A stretch of DNA of 64,000 bases from Macrostomum lignano (GCA_002269645.1 NIVC01001204.1:186001-250000); one strand, 5' to 3'. Shown: positions 35,766 to 51,827, counted from the first letter of the stretch. A program made the numbers and translations. Notes: generated from the sequence alone by a model not told the origin.

Positions 35766-38494
35766 AACTTCTCAGTCCTTAATTCCCTAATTCTTTCTCT
35801 TCATTTACATTGTGAGCCACAACACCAATACTCAATTCTTGATTTGTCCCAAATCTTTACCTTATATCAAAGTGACTATTCAGTATTCAGATTGTCAACT
35901 TTCCAATTCCAATTCAAACCAAAAATTGGATCAATTTGATTTGATTCCAAATATTTATCTTATTTCTATGCATGCATATGCTGGGACATGACTCCAAAAC
36001 AAAAGTATCTTATATAGTTGTACAAATATTCTATTTCTAGAAGCTGATTGTCTTGAAACCTGATAGGCCCTGTTAGATAGGATGCAAAGTGCATGCACAG
36101 GCAATAGGATATATAATAGCTTAGAAATCTATTATAGCCAAAATTCAAAATGCATGTTATGAAAAATTAAAAGCCATTTATAAAGCTGTATGATACATAT
36201 ACTTTTAATTGTCAATTGATATTTTCAATTAGATGGATCTTTGCTTTATCCTATCTAGCTATAAAATAAGACTAGCCCATTTAGTGCTTTTATATGAAAT
36301 ATTATAAACATAATAATAAATGATAAAAGCTAATTAAAAAAGTCTTGTCTAGGCTAGCTAAATGAATTTTAGAGCCAAAGAAAAAAATCTATTTATAACC
36401 ATTAATTAAGAGTACATATATAATATATACATGCGCAACATCCAAAATTCAGTCAGCCATGCAAATTAGTTTTTAACAAAAAATTCAATGTAGTTTTTGT
36501 CCAAAAATGCAACTTACCTATAAAAAAACTGAAGCAAAGTTAAGACAATTTTGGCCAAATGGCAGGAGTAACTATTACTGTCCTATTAAAGCTAAATGCC
36601 TTGTCATCTAATTAGTACTATGTCTGTATTCCTTCTAGTGGGCATTTTTTGCAACTTAAAAACCTTGGTTGGCCACCAAATTGGTCAGCCAGATTGGCCA
36701 ACTTAGCCGACTGTTGCGCATGTATGATACAATAGTAGGGACTTTAGTAAGGCTCCCGTGACTTGCTAATAATTATATAAAAGGCAACTTTTATTTTAAG
36801 AATCAGCTATTTTGTCTTAGGAAAAAATGTTAATAAAATCATCTTCTAGATTTTATTGGGAAGATAAAATGTCATCTTTTCCATAGAAATGGCTCCTAAA
36901 ATATGATACCTACAAAAATAGGTGCTGTTATATTTTATTAATGGTAAGTTTTGGCAAAAATCATTGCAAGAATTCAAGGTCAATACAATAAACATTTTAC
37001 AATCTAAATCTAAATTTTATCTTCCAAATACTAAATAATCTATCTTCTATCTAAATATACTAAATCTCTAAGGTTTGTATGCTTGTCCATAGCACTTTAA
37101 AGCTTGCAATTCTTGACTGATTTTAATTGCATTTTTGCCAAAAGATTTGCAATTATCTGGAAGGAAGACAGTTGAAATCTTTTTAATCTGTTTTAATGCC
37201 AAAGGTATTAAATTAGAGAAAAACTTTATTTTCCCAATCAAAATAGTGCATTTATTTGGGATTCAGAGTTAAAAATCTGACTGATCTATCTATTGCTCTG
37301 CTCCAGGCAGCCTTTTTACATATCTTTATAAGCTAATTTGAGGGCTGGCTTCTGACATTGTCTTCTTACACTATTGACACATCTGTATTTAGCCAAATAA
37401 GTGGTTGCCCTTTTAAATACTATTTTTAAGAACTTGGTCTCACCTAATTATAGACTATAGAAGTAATCCTATATATTGGTAAGAGAGAAAACTACATTCC
37501 AGACTAGGCTGGGCTAGACTAGACATAAACTAGACTAGATTTTAAACCCAATTGGATTTGACTTGAAATTCTAATATGAAAAACCTTGCAGTAAAACCTG
37601 GCTATGGGAAAACCTCCTGTGGAAAAGCTTTTTATAGGAAATTCTAATAGACCATGTACGCATGTGTATATGTAGGCCTATGTATGATTGATTTAAGAAA
37701 AATTTAAAACTAATCTTATTTTAGAAACTTAAAAGTAGAATCTTTTTACTTAGTAAGTAGGCAAATGAGATTCATCAAATTTAATAGAAAAAAAACTAAA
37801 AAATAACTTTTTGATCTTACTAGAGTTGATATGATAAAAACCAATTATTATAGTATAAATTTTCTGACTCAATAGTGCAAGTTTGAAGAAAATATTTTAT
37901 ACCTACCAACAAACTATTTTTAGGGCCTAAGGCCTAGTATATATATGAAAACTAAAGTTAGGCCTATAATAAACAAGATTTTGGACAGGCCTACTAGTCA
38001 GTAAAAAAATAATGATATAAATAGAAAATTTGGTACTAGAAAACATTGCTAGATAGGATAGTTTTGATCTATTAAAAGCCTACAAATAAATAATAAGCAT
38101 TTTGGGTGTAAGACCAAGATGGCCACAGCTGGGGTGGGGGTCACGGAAAATGACAGCTGGTTTACTATTGGATAGCTTCGGGTGGGGAGATGTGGGGTTT
38201 CAATGGGAGGGTTTAGACAGGCAGTCAAAATTTTATTAGTATATTGCAGGGCTAAAGACAAAAATGGTTACGAGTCTTAATTTCCTACTTATAGTAGGCC
38301 CCTAAGAGGTGTAAACATATTTTGTATTAAACAAATCTCTTCTTCATATAAAATCTGGTGTTGCTTTTATCCATTTCTCTTATTGGTCGAGACTAATTTA
38401 CTTGTTTAAAGGGATAAAAACTGGGTAAATTTCATGCCCTGTTCAAATTCATCTGTCTCATTCACTGACAGCAGTCTAAGCACTTAGATACAAA

Positions 38495-39230
38495 ATGGCA
38501 GGCGCATATCCATGTGTGGTCTGTCTGTAGCCAGTTTGCGATGGACAAGAAGCAATTGAGTGTTCTCAATGCTTGAATTGGCAGCACCGTGCATGTGATA
38601 GTCATGTCACAATCAATTAGTATTCTGCAATGAGAAATGTCGGTGAGTTTTTCTGGCTTTGCAATCAATGCAATAGACGGGCTCCTGCAGGTAACATAGC
38701 AGTGTCTCAAGCTGCAGATGCTGCAGTGGTACATGTACAAGCCCCGAATTCTGGACCAGCGGCTGTTCCTCTGCCTGCTGAAAATCCAGAACCAGTGCAT
38801 TTGATTCCGGCACAAGCAGAAAATTTTCTTAACCAGTATCCAGATTTCAATGACCCTGATCCAGCTCTGGAAGAATCCATTCAAATTCCTCCAGCAGAGC
38901 TTGCACCGCCCCGCAGCCCACCTCCCCAGCCCTTTGAGATTCTTACAGGTGCAGGATGCAGTCACAGAAAAGACCTTCTAGTGCAGTATGCCCAACGAGA
39001 CCTTGGCAATCTGATGGATGAAAGAACGCGGCGAAATGGCAACATGTACTATTGCTGCACTAAGCGTTTATCACTGCACTGTCACGGCTAGGCAGTCCGC
39101 CATGCTGATGGAACCATAGAAGCCTTTGCTCCGCACATGTGCGATCTAGTCGATCGGCCAGCTCAGAAGAGAAAGGCAGCAAAGGAGGTAAAGGAGGGAG
39201 CAAAGCAAATGTTGTTTCATGTCATCTATC
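38495..39230 (+). pseudogene. PHD finger plus FLYWCH-like zinc finger; probable N-terminus of a dead Mutator-like transposase
   Basis: One frame: MAGAYPCVVCL*PVCDGQEAIECSQCLNWQHRAC..*Y..FWLCNQC, then MYYCCTKRLSLHCHG*..PHMCD..QKRKAAKE. Stops at 38528, 38618 and 39089. Confidence 0.65.
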
Positions 39231-39399
39231 CTTTGCTATAATTTGCTTGAACTTTGTCATCTATCCATCCCACCCATACCTTATTGTCATTTCAGATCAT
39301 AACAAGTTAAAAAAGCCAAAAAAAATCTGCACTTACTTAGTTGCTGCACCCATTGCTATAATTTGCTTGAACTTTGTCATCGAGAGAAAAGACTAGAAA

Positions 39400-40465
39400 A
39401 GATAGGAGAGAGGAGTTAGGAAAGAAGAGAAGAGAAGAGAGAGAGAGGAAACAAAATAGAAGATAGAAGTTTCAAAGGATCCAAGGGACATAGAGAGATA
39501 CATGAGGCCAGAGATTTTGCCGATACATGTTTTTGAAAGACAAGTTTTTATTTGAGTATGACTTCAGATTTTAGAACTAGATATAAGCTGAGCTGAGAGA
39601 GAAGATGAAAGTAAAGGCTGAGAGCAGAGAAGGGCTAAGAGCAAAGAGGGGCTGAGAGTAGAGAGGGGCTAGGGATAGAGGTTGAGAGTAGAGAGAGGCT
39701 GAGAGTAGAGAGGCTGAGAATAGAGAGGTTGAGAGTAGATAGAGGCTGAGAGTAGAGAGGTTGAAAGTAGAGAGGCTAGTTCACATTGTTCTCAATCCCA
39801 TTCCACTATACATGTAGTTTTTATCTAATGTGACTAAGCCAGGTGCTTTTAGTGCAGGGGTTGGCAAACTTTTTACCTCAATTGAGAACCCAGCTCATGA
39901 CTGCCCTTCTAGTCTGCTTCGAATTGGCCCCCAAAGCGAAGCGAGGAGTCCTGATGACAGCGGGCCAGAGGTGAGGAGAGAGGGTAAGGAATAGAGAAGA
40001 GAAATACAAGCATAGGATAAAGGAGAGGCAAAGGAATAAAGGAGAAGAGAGTTGATGAGAGGAGAGATTAAATACGAGTGGAGAGAGAGGAAAAAGGAGA
40101 TTAATGGAGAGGAGAAAGGAGGAAAGGGAGAAGAAAACGAAGGGAAAAAGGAAGATGAGAGCAGAGGTGAGGAGAGAGGAGAGGATAGAGATGGGGAGAG
40201 AGGAGAGGAGAGAGGTGAGGAGAGGAGAGAGGAAAGGGCAGAGATGAGAGAGAAAATGAGAGGAGAGGGCAGACATAAGAGAGAAAAGATGAGAGAAGAG
40301 GGCAGACATGAGAGAGAATAGATGAAAGAGAGAGGGCAAGAGATGAGAGGAGAGAGGGCAGAGATGAGAGAGAGAGAAAAGATTAGAGACGAGAGGGCAG
40401 AGATGACAGAGAAAAGATAAGAGACAAGAGTGCAGAGATGAGAGAAAAGATGAGAGACAAAAGGG
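39400..40465. repeat. GA-rich low-complexity tract
   Basis: Degenerate (GA)n / GAGAG purine strand. Confidence 0.85.
39855..39970 (+). mobile_element. hAT (Charlie-like) terminal fragment
   Basis: CAGGGGTTGGCAAACTTTTT start and GCGGGCCAGA subterminal motif; the other end was not seen. Confidence 0.5.
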
Positions 40466-43386
40466 CACTCTAATTTTTGCTTACTTCTATCATAACTAAT
40501 ACCTTTACCATCTATCTCTAACTTTTAATATATATAAACAATATGTCAGTTTTAGTATATTGAAATAGGTTTGAAACTATTATCCATGATACAAAAATCA
40601 AATGTCTTGTGCTAGTAGTGCTATTAGCTTTAGTTAGTAGGTAGTAATACCTGCTGTAAAAGGAAGTGTTTTTTGTTTTACTTAGTCTAATTTCACTAAC
40701 GAAATCTGTTTTCTCCGAGACTTGAAGCTAGGTCATACCCCACCCCAATCATAGCCAATAGGAAATGAGGAAATATATAGACCTATTCCTATCCAAGCAG
40801 CCATTCAGAGCTGTGGCCATCTTAGTGTGTGGCCATCTTGGTCATGCGCCACATTTTGCATAAGCCACTTAAAAAGTCATCGCATTAAGCCCTAGCAAAT
40901 AATGCTTTTATAGCTATATAATTTTTTAGAATTTCTAAAGAGATATAACTCTGTAACAAATTAGCATTTTTATTTATAGCCAGCTAGGTGATTGCTAAAT
41001 TAGTAGACTTGGCATTTACCATGGCATAACCTAAAAAGCCAGGATCAATGCTATTATCTTTATCTCTAGGCCTATCTGTCTCAACAGCTAAAGTTTTAGT
41101 TGCTAATGTCTCCTGCACTAATATCCCAGGCACTAATACTATAGTCATAAATGCTAATGTCTCTACCAGACTAGGCCTACCAGTATCACTGCCACTTCCA
41201 CCATTAGTCAGCAAAGCACCTTGTTGCCAGAGTGAACTGTCTCCGACTCTGCTATTAAAAATATTTGATACCAAACAGTGTCAAAAAAATTCAGGTAAAA
41301 AATTGAATGCATGCAAATTCGGCTACAAATAATTTTATTCAACAGACAAATTCGGCGAAAGCAAAATCGGCGACAATCTAGGCAATTGCAAATATGAAAT
41401 ATTAGCTAAAGTCTCGTGAAATGAAGATCATTAAGCTTAAAGGGACCACTTTGTGCTGTTTTGTGCAGTTTAAAATTTTTTAATTTGTCCTCCGCTGCGA
41501 AGAAAGTGCACTGATTTTATACTAAAGCCAATATCCAATAGTCCCATAGATAAAAAATGTGTTGGATTGTTCGAAATAAATTGCATGGAATTGCATGTGA
41601 GGTGGGGGTGGAGAAAGAAGAATAAATGGTGGTTTGGGAATTTGAAAATTGGGGTTTCCTCGAAACCGGGTAGCGTTGCGTTCGCACGAATGAAGCCGTA
41701 AAATCGCGCAGACGAATTACAACGAAATTCTTCTCCTTTTACTCCGACAGCCGGGTCCTCAAGTCCGGGGGGAGGGTAGTCGTAATCGTAGCTGAGCGGT
41801 CGTAGAGCGGCACGGTCGTTCAGATATAGAAACACCGGAGATTGCTGACACCGTAGATCAATGTGTCGATTTGCTGAGCTGGTTACTTTTCAGTAGGGTA
41901 GTTGCTGCCACCACCGTAATTCTCGTATTACGGAACGTTAATGGTCTCAGAGCTTTCTTTGAGGTGAGACTTTGGTTATTTTACGCCCCACGGGCAATTA
42001 ATTCAAGATAGGCTATGGCTTAAGTCAACGGAATAAATATATTAAAGGTAAATTGTCGATATTTACTATTATAAAAGCAAATTATTTTAGCTCGCGCAGG
42101 TTATTTATTGATTATAGTAGATTACTACGAACGAATGAATTCACGGGCGCCGCGGGGCGCAAGACAAGCAAATAAGATCGAGCTATAAACTATGTAACTG
42201 CAAGGGCAAAAGTGAACAGAAAGGGAGGAGAAGAAGGAGAGCGAGAGAGAGCGAGAGCGCGAGCGGAAGCGCATGCAGACAGAAAGCTGAGCGCGACTTA
42301 TTTATAGCAAAACTTATAATAAACTCCCAGGTGTGGGGGCTGAGCTCGCCAACACCGGGGCCACACGTAATGGTTATTGAAACAAAATTTCACAGGAATG
42401 CACATAAAATTGGTTAGAAAACAACACATGAAATTACGTTAACCAGACATGGGAAAACAAACTTCAACCGAAGGTCCAAACTCGGGGCCAACAGAGGGAG
42501 GGGGTGAGGTCATAGATAGACTACCGTTGGCCACACGGGTTGGAATTCACGAAAGAAAACATTATTGGCACGCAATTAAATAGTAATTATTAAAGAATAA
42601 AATTAAGCTTCCGTGGCAACCCCACTGCCACACATGAACCGACATTTCTTGGAAACCATTTTTGAAGGGTGAAATGAATAAAACAAACTCATTAAAAAAA
42701 GCTGATATGCATTGACAAATACAATCCCGGTGTAAAAAGTTGCGTCTGACGGACGTCAAATTATCATCGTCCACAAGCACCCCGTATGTACGTCCGAATA
42801 TGGTCATGCAGACGCTGACAAAACGAAAATTTTGGACGGTTTTAGGACCGACAGATTTTTGCGCTATATATACTATTATGAGTAGACATTTAAAGATATT
42901 AAGGACTCGAATGTCGAATGCAGAAAATTAAAATGGCTTAATTGTTGCTCAAATTTTACTGCTTCATTGTTGCTTTATTGTAAGTTTAGTATATTTGGAT
43001 TTGTACTTAGCCTTATACAAATTGCAAAAATTTCCTGTTAGTTTTCGAGCAAGATAAAAAATTCGTGAAAATTAAATGAAACAATTAAAAGTTAAGTAAT
43101 TAAACAAAGAAAGTAAAGCAGCCTGAAGTTCAAAATACTTAGTTAAAAAAGTAAGTCGAATTAAATGTTATTAAAAAGCACAAGAGTTCAAAGTATTCAA
43201 GTAAATATAGGAGTGTTTTATAATAAAAGCTTCAGCACAAAATGGGGAAAACGCGACATTTTATAATTACTAGTGTTACTACCAGTAACGCGCAGAAAAT
43301 ATTGTAAAATACTTAAAAAACTGCTTGGAGAAGTCAGCAGTGAACTATTAATGCTTTGATGTCAAAAAAGTTTTAAGATAAATTAC

Positions 43387-45086
43387 TTATTCGTCACTGG
43401 ATGACGACAAAAGTCGGGGTCTTCGCGCTTGGTGCGAAAACTCAGCAGCAGCAGCAGAGACTGGAAGCGACAGCCGCTTCCGGCGAGCCGCACACCTCTC
43501 AGCAGCATGCTTTAGGATGCGCGCCATTTCTTTCTCGACGGCCTGTTCTGATGGCCTCGATTTCTCATCCGGGTAGATGAGCACGATAGCGTCTGTGGTA
43601 GAAAAAGTTGTATAATTTTTTGTGCCACTCATACAGCAAATTAAGTTTCGTTATTTTGCTACTCTTAGTAGTAGAAAAGGAATTTTCAATAGCACTCTTT
43701 TCGAAACTGTTTAACTGTAAATTTTGTTTCGTTTTGCCCACTCTGCATTCTATATCTCCTGTTTGAATATTAGAATTAAAGTTTGAATATTAGAATTAAA
43801 GTTTGAATATTAGAATTAAAATATCCTTTTTTCCCAAATAGCACTCTATATCGAGTATACTCGAATATATCGAGTATGGACCATGTTTTAGGATCGTTTC
43901 CCACATATTCTAAAACCTCTAGAATGATCGAATAATTCGCTACCTTACCTTGAAATACATCCATGGCATTTTTAAAAGCCAGTGCTGAATCCGTAACTTC
44001 TATAGACGGCAGCTCACTCTTGCACCGCTCAGCCATGTTGCGACCTGACCAATTCACCACTTGCTGCATTGCATCAGAGAGGCACTTGCTAAGCATGCGC
44101 AAGCATGTGTCATGCACTGATGCGCATCGACAGCCTCGGAGACTCGGAGCCTGTGATGTGAAAGGATGTTGAGTGTATGGAGATCGTGAGAGGAATTATG
44201 TATGTATTGATATTTTTTAAATCATGTTTCATGTTTATTTATATTTTTATTATCATCTGTTTATTAAGTTCAAAAGTAAGGCCACAGAAATTACTGACAA
44301 CAAAATGAATGAAAATGCACTTTTTTCTCTTACCAGTTCGTTTCTGAAGCTTGGCGAAGTAATAAAACGAATGTACAGAGGCCAAGAATCGATCGTTTTC
44401 CAATTTTGTCGTGGACCGCCTGCGGCTGCTGGCACTTGTTGTTGATTGATGCGCCTTTCCAGAGAAGCAACCTGTGCCACAAGTCCCTCGATAGCTGTCG
44501 TAATAGAATCCTCAAAGCGCCTGATCCGGGACTCGACGGCACGCTGTTGCCGTGTATCCAGCATTGCCAGATGCGCCACAGCCGTCAGCGACTCAGGGTT
44601 AATACCAGCATCCGCCAATTGCTTTTGAATGCCACGAATCAATGCGGGGCTGATGATTGTCTCCTCTAAGTCTGACGGTTGGTGAGATAAATCGACAGCC
44701 GAATGCTGCTGATCGACGAGTGGTGCTGTGTTGTGGGCCACTGGCAGCTCTGGAGTCTTTGGGACCGTCGAGATTTGGTTCGCAGATGCAGTGGCTGACG
44801 ACCGAGGAGTCGATTCCTCTAAACAGACATTTTGACGTAGCATGTAGACTGTTGGGTCCGAATCTGTTTCAGGATCCAGCAACACTTGCAGAACAACAGC
44901 GTCGTACCATTCGCCTTGGTACTCAGCCCTAACATGTATTGGGCTCAGAGAGTAGCGGTTCGAATCATTTAAAGCTGTCCAGTCCTCGCTAGCAAAACTT
45001 GAATATTCGCTGTCCAGCTTAACCTCCTCCTCCGACCTTTCAACAATTTGGCTGTCCTCGATAAAGAAAACTATGTATCGTGTCAT
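43387..45086 (-). CDS. Transposon accessory protein (DUF4806-like, as in animal EnSpm/CACTA elements), 3 exons
   Basis: Exons 45086-44334, 44150-43949 and 43592-43387 (GT-AG, phases 0 and 1, open frame). Motifs SLRGCRCASVHDTCLRMLSKCLSDAMQQVVNWSGR and RILKHAAER. Confidence 0.7.
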
Positions 45087-45611
45087 TGTCTTGGGAGAAA
45101 ACAAATTCAGCTTAAAAATGAAACACGAATCCCTGAGTATAACGTCTTTCTATGCCAATTTAAAGCTATTTTTCTTCCTCATTTGGCTCTCTGCTCCGCG
45201 TAACCAATCCCGTCGTTTGGCAAATTCCGAGGTCCATTGAAACCCAAAAACTGAATTCCAATTGGCTCACCACTTTACGAGTTCGTAAAGTAAGTTTGTT
45301 TAGTTAAAGACAAAGCTTCTACTATTAGTTAGTATTCGACTGTTACGTTTCAATTAATTGGAATTCTTGCACCAACATCTCAGTCTTTACAAAATGAGCA
45401 AAAGACACGGAAGTGACTCGAATCCGTCACGCAACTTTATGAAATGGTTTGCGAAAACTGCATCGTCACGTACTCCACGATCAACTCCTCAACCCGATCA
45501 GCCCGAGTATTGCCAACCACAACCAGTGTCACCGGATGTTCAAATGGAAGCAACAGCAGATGAGGTACGGGGAAGATGTGGGGCATATTGATTCCAAAAT
45601 CTAGGCTCGTA

Positions 45612-46660
<1,049 letters not shown>

Positions 46661-47549
46661 TTAATTTTGTATCTAAATATATTTATTCATCTTCCATCCG
46701 TATTCCTTCCTTTCTTCTTTTCAGAGCGCCACGTCCTGCGATCATATCCGCTTTGAGGATCTCGAAGGTGAGATGAACTACTCCGATAGCGAAGAGGACG
46801 ACAACAGTGAAAATCGGAAGCCCAGTATGGAAAGTTTAAACGAAGAACTTCTTTCTTTCTTCGTTTTATTTAATATATCACATCGGGCCATGCAATTTCT
46901 GCTTAATGCACTCTATAGTCGCGGAATTCCCGTTGCCAAGACATTATACCGACTCACGCGAGACACAGCCAATGGACCAGAAAGTGAATCAAGAAAAGTA
47001 GCTAGGTGCAGCATGGGAATGGGTGACTTCGCTTATATTGGCATCCAGAAAAACCTCGCCTTTCTGCTAAAGTCGGAAAAGTTAAAGCTCAACGAGCCGA
47101 CGACAATCTCAGATGGCAGAAAGTGTTACGAGGTTGACGTTCAGTTTGGTATCGACGGGATGCCGATATATTCCTCATCCAACTATTCAGCGTGGCCAAT
47201 CTTGGCGCTTTTCTCGGAATTTGCTCGTCCTGTCCCTATTGCTGTGTATGCCGGGTTGGGAAAGCCGCCGCTGAATGAGTATTTATCGGACTTTGTCAAG
47301 GAGTTAAATGGATTCATGACGGATTTTATCACGGTTGAATCGGTTCCAATCCGCATAAGAAAAGTCACATTTGTCTGTGATTCGCCGGCTCGATCGTTCA
47401 TTATGTCAACAATGTCTCACAATGCTTTCCACGGTTGTCCGTACTGTCGAGCAGTTGCAAAAAAAGTGGACCATCGGATTGTTTATCCGACTGTTGCAGG
47501 AGAAAATCGAACTGCCGAGGTCTACAAGGAAAACAAGTAAGAATTCTCA

Positions 47550-48045
47550 CTCTAACCTTATTCCAGCCCTCACTCTACCCTTATTCCAGCCCTCACTCTA
47601 ACCCTTATTCCAGCCCTCACTCTACCCTTATTCCAGCCCTCACTCTACCCTTATTCCAGCCCTCACTCTAACCCTTATTCCAGCCCTCACTCTACCCTTA
47701 TTCCAGCCCTCACTCTACCCTTATTCCAGCCCTCACTCTACCCTTATTCCAGCCCTCACTCTACCCTTATTCCAGCCCTCACTCTACCCTTATTCCAGCC
47801 CTCACTCTACCCTTATTCCAGCCCTCAATCTACCCTTATTCCAGCCGTCACTCTACCCTTATTCCAGCCGTCACTCTACCCTTATTCCAGCCCTCACTCT
47901 ACCCTTATTCCAGCCCTCACTCTACCCTTATTCCAGCCCTCACTCTACCCTTATTTAAGATCTCACTCTACCCTTATTCCAGCCCTCACTCTACCCTTAT
48001 TTAAGATCTCGCTCTACCCTTATTTCAGCCCTCAATCTACCCTTA
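47550..48045. repeat. 23-bp minisatellite in transposase intron 2
   Basis: Unit CCTTATTCCAGCCCTCACTCTAC. Confidence 0.92.
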
Positions 48046-51000
48046 TTCCACCAATCGCTCAACCGTACTCTACTTTTTTCGACCTCTACATTTTTCTCAG
48101 AGAGTCCAACCAAAGAGCGGCCCCAAGTCCTTTGCTTTCACTGCCGAGCGTGAAAATGCCGGAAGCCTTTCCTCCTGAACCGATGCACCTACTTTTCTTG
48201 GGTGTAGCTCGACGGCTATTTCATTTTCTATTCGCAGTGGACAACGGACGGCGCTGTAAACTACGCCCCGATGACATTGTCGCCCTTTCTAACAAGATCG
48301 AGTCAAAAGCGTCTTACACTCCATCAAATTTCCAGCGACGCCCACGAAGAATTGACACGGAACTGGGACATTTTAAGGCCACAGAGTTTCGCACTATGGT
48401 TCTCTACGTTGGCCCATACTTTTTTAGGAAATTTCTGACGGAAAATTTATACCATCATTTTCTGCTCTTCCACTTTGCGTGCTATATCCTCTGCTCTGAT
48501 CTCCCTCCCAACTCACACCTTTTATCTATGGCTGAGGCTGCTATGCGCCTTTTTGTGTTCGACGCCGCAGAATTGTATGGCGACACCATTTTGACTTTCA
48601 ACACACATGTGTTGCTTCACCTTGCAGATGCTGCTAGGCAGCGTGGAAATGTATCTGGATTTTCTGCCTTTCCATTTGAAAATTACCTTTCGCATTTAAA
48701 AAAGCGATAGCGTGTAACAAGATTCATTTCGTCTCACTTGCTTAATCAAATGCTTTCTCTCCGTGATTTGCTTACTAGTAGCCCTACCGTCTCAGTTAAA
48801 TATTCTGTAAAGACGCCGGACAATTGTTGTGTAATAGACAGTAAAATAGTGCGCATCACATGTATATCTGGTTCTGTTGTTTCAGGTGTCGTATTGAATT
48901 TTTACAAAGACTTGTACAGCTACCCATACTCTTCGTCCTTACTCGGCATTGGTTTTTATCGAGAAAGTCGCGAAGTTATTGCTGGTCTGCCTCAGAAAAA
49001 GTGTTTTCTTTTCCCTCGAAAGGGAAATCACTGGCTTGTTATTCCCTTGACCGGAACAGAGTGAACAAGTGGATTACTTTTTCTTGTATATCTGCGGTGC
49101 ACACCTATCGAATCCACTGTATGCCAGTAAGATTGCTTGTACCTACAGGAACAGCACCTACTCCAACTGCTCATAGCTCGATTTTCAATTAAATAGACAG
49201 GTGTATTGCTTAACAAACTGAAGCGAATATAGTTTCCCACAGCTGTTGTGACATTAATCAGCTGCTATGATTTCTTGACTCCGCCTCGCATGCGTCTGCC
49301 GAAAAAAATAAGAAGTCGCTTATGCCACTGTGGTGAACTGGCAATATAGATACACAGACAGACTGAAACCTCGAGAACGCCAGACTGCTTTTCTTTGCTC
49401 TGCTTTTCCCACTGCTTCGTTGAATGCCTTTGTAACAAAATCAATATTTATAGCTGTAGCTTATAAAAATCGTAGGACCTATTCTATACATTGGTATGTG
49501 AACCCTGGATCAAACGAAGAGGCTCGAAAAAGCTCTTTGTTATTGAGGGTATGAGTGACTAGACAGGAGGCAGCTGGTATAAAAATATCGGAAGGAGAGG
49601 CTCGAGAGGCTTTCATTTGCTTCTTTACACACAACATCCCTCGCAATTCAGTTCGAAATGAAATTGATACATGTACATACTTCCCTACCAACACTGCCCG
49701 CTTGTTTGCTATCAGTATCCAAAGAAGCCTTTGAAGTGGTTCCTTTTCTGTCCAACTCAGTCTCCCATAAAGTAAACTACCATATGACTTTTAATCTAGA
49801 TTGTAGTTCAGTTCACTGCTTTCACCAATGGAACAGAAATGTAACAACATACTTGGCGCAGCCGGAAATTCGAATCCCTTGGGGAGTGGAGGGAGTGGGC
49901 CTGTACAGTATCAAAAATATACTACTTTCGTATTCCCTTGCATTTTCTGGGGTCGCCTGTCGCTCCTTTGCTGCGCCAATCCCTGAATAGAGAGGCCAAC
50001 TAAAATTCCCAAATCACACTACAGATAGATCGAAGTCGAACTCAATCAGCGCGCCCTCAAGAGCTTTTTTTCTGAAAGCAAAGTTAGTTCATTTATTGTC
50101 ATTTTTATCGAGTTTTTGTCAATAATTTTAGAATTAACGACTGTAAAATTAATTCAATTTAAGAGAACTAGTGTTGAGAACTAGTCGATCGAATAACTGA
50201 ACTAACTTTTCAGTAAGTTCAAAGTAAGTCCGTTGGGGCAACAACTACCCAACCCAACCCAAATTAGCCCCCCTCCGCTCTTTCCTTCCCTTTAATTTTT
50301 TTGCTTCGCATTTCAAACTTAACTAAACTGCGCCTTGACATGCTCTCTGTCTAAGCATGGAGTCTCAACTTCATAACTCAATCGGGACAGAAACTATATG
50401 CATGTAAATTTTGCCTGATTTTTATCTATTCTTTCGCCTGGTGACTACATGGAGCAGTTAATATGTAGAAAGCAGAGAAACAGACAAAACTCGAGAAAAC
50501 AGAGGGAGAGAGAGGAGACATTAGAAAATAAAAGGTAGAGGGAAGGACATAGTGAAAAAAGGGAGAGAGGGAGAGTAGACAGGTTTGGAAGGGAGTGAGA
50601 GGAATAGCTAATAGAAGCAGAGAGGACATATGAAAAGAAGTACAAAAAAGCAGAGGCAATAAAATATTGCTTGAAATAAACCAAGGGAATATAAACGTGA
50701 ACCTTAGTTTGATTTTTTCGAAGAAGTAAAGAGATACAGGGTTTCAATTCTGTGAGAACCATCATCTCCATATCCATGCTCATATACAATATAGACTGGT
50801 AAAGTAAAGTAGAAAAAAACTTTAGGATCATAAAAACTGGTTCGCTCACCCCTCGATCGATACAAAGCCGGCCCACGCTTGTATTTCTGCATGATTAGGC
50901 TTTGCTGGACATGCTATAATTTTTGTGGCCTTCAGTCCCACGTATCGGGACATTGGGGGAAGAACCTTTTGTGTTGATTTTTCATGCGGGCAGGCCATAT

Positions 51001-51229
51001 TTTATATAGAACAAAGAGACTCTTCTGGGGTCTATAGCAAGGGTTCGGCAGTCTCCGGCATTCGGCCCCCCTGTCTTTAGCAAATTCAGTATTGCTTTCC
51101 TGTGCCTGGGCCTTATAAAGTCCAGCAGTCGGGTCTGGACTTAGAAACTGTTTGATTTGAAACCTCTAAATGGCTTGGTCATCTCTGACTTGTTTCTGAT
51201 TCTGACTCATAATCTTCTCCCTGTCCTCT

Positions 51230-51510
51230 CTCAGTCTCTTCTCTGTCCTCTCTCAGTCTTTGACTCTTCTCTGCTGTCTCCCACTGTCTTCTCTGCTGTC
51301 TCTCACTGTCTTCTCTGCTGTCTCCTACTGTCTTCTCCTGCTGTCTCTCACTGTCTTCTCTGATGTCTCTCACTGTCTTCTCTGCTGTCTCCTACTGTCT
51401 TCTCCTGCTGTCTCTCACTGTCTTCTCTGCTGTCTCTCACTGTCTTCTGCTGTCTCTCACTGTCTTCTCTGCTGTCTCCCACTGTCTTCTCCTGCTGTCT
51501 CCCACTGTCT
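51230..51510. repeat. About 22-bp CT-rich minisatellite
   Basis: CTCTGCTGTCTCTCACTGTCTT units. Confidence 0.85.
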
Positions 51511-51827
51511 CATTGTCTGAAAATATTGAAATATTGAATATTGAAACTGTATTGAAAATATAGAGCTAATTCATGAGTCCCAACTCGTTCTTCAATAAAT
51601 ATATGGAGTTCTTACAAAGTTAACCAATTGATTTCAAATTTCCAACACACTTCAAAGAAGATAAATTTGTTGATAAAAGCCTTACCTAATACTGCAGTAT
51701 ATTCTCGCCTAATTACGAGTGTAAATTCAGAACATTTATTGTCGCTGCACAGCTGCTAACAGTAGTACGTACAGCATGATTACTTGAGGCCCTAATATTG
51801 AATTAGGGCTAATATAAAAATGTGACC

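Noticed and set aside
34437-37507. 11-bp inverted pair CTAGTCTGGAA / TTCCAGACTAG as transposon TIRs
   Set aside because: Too short to exceed chance in 64 kb, the match does not extend, and there is no TSD.
41470-41835. 121-aa minus-strand ORF with protein-like composition
   Set aside because: No recognisable motif, start or splice context; cannot be supported without a homology search.
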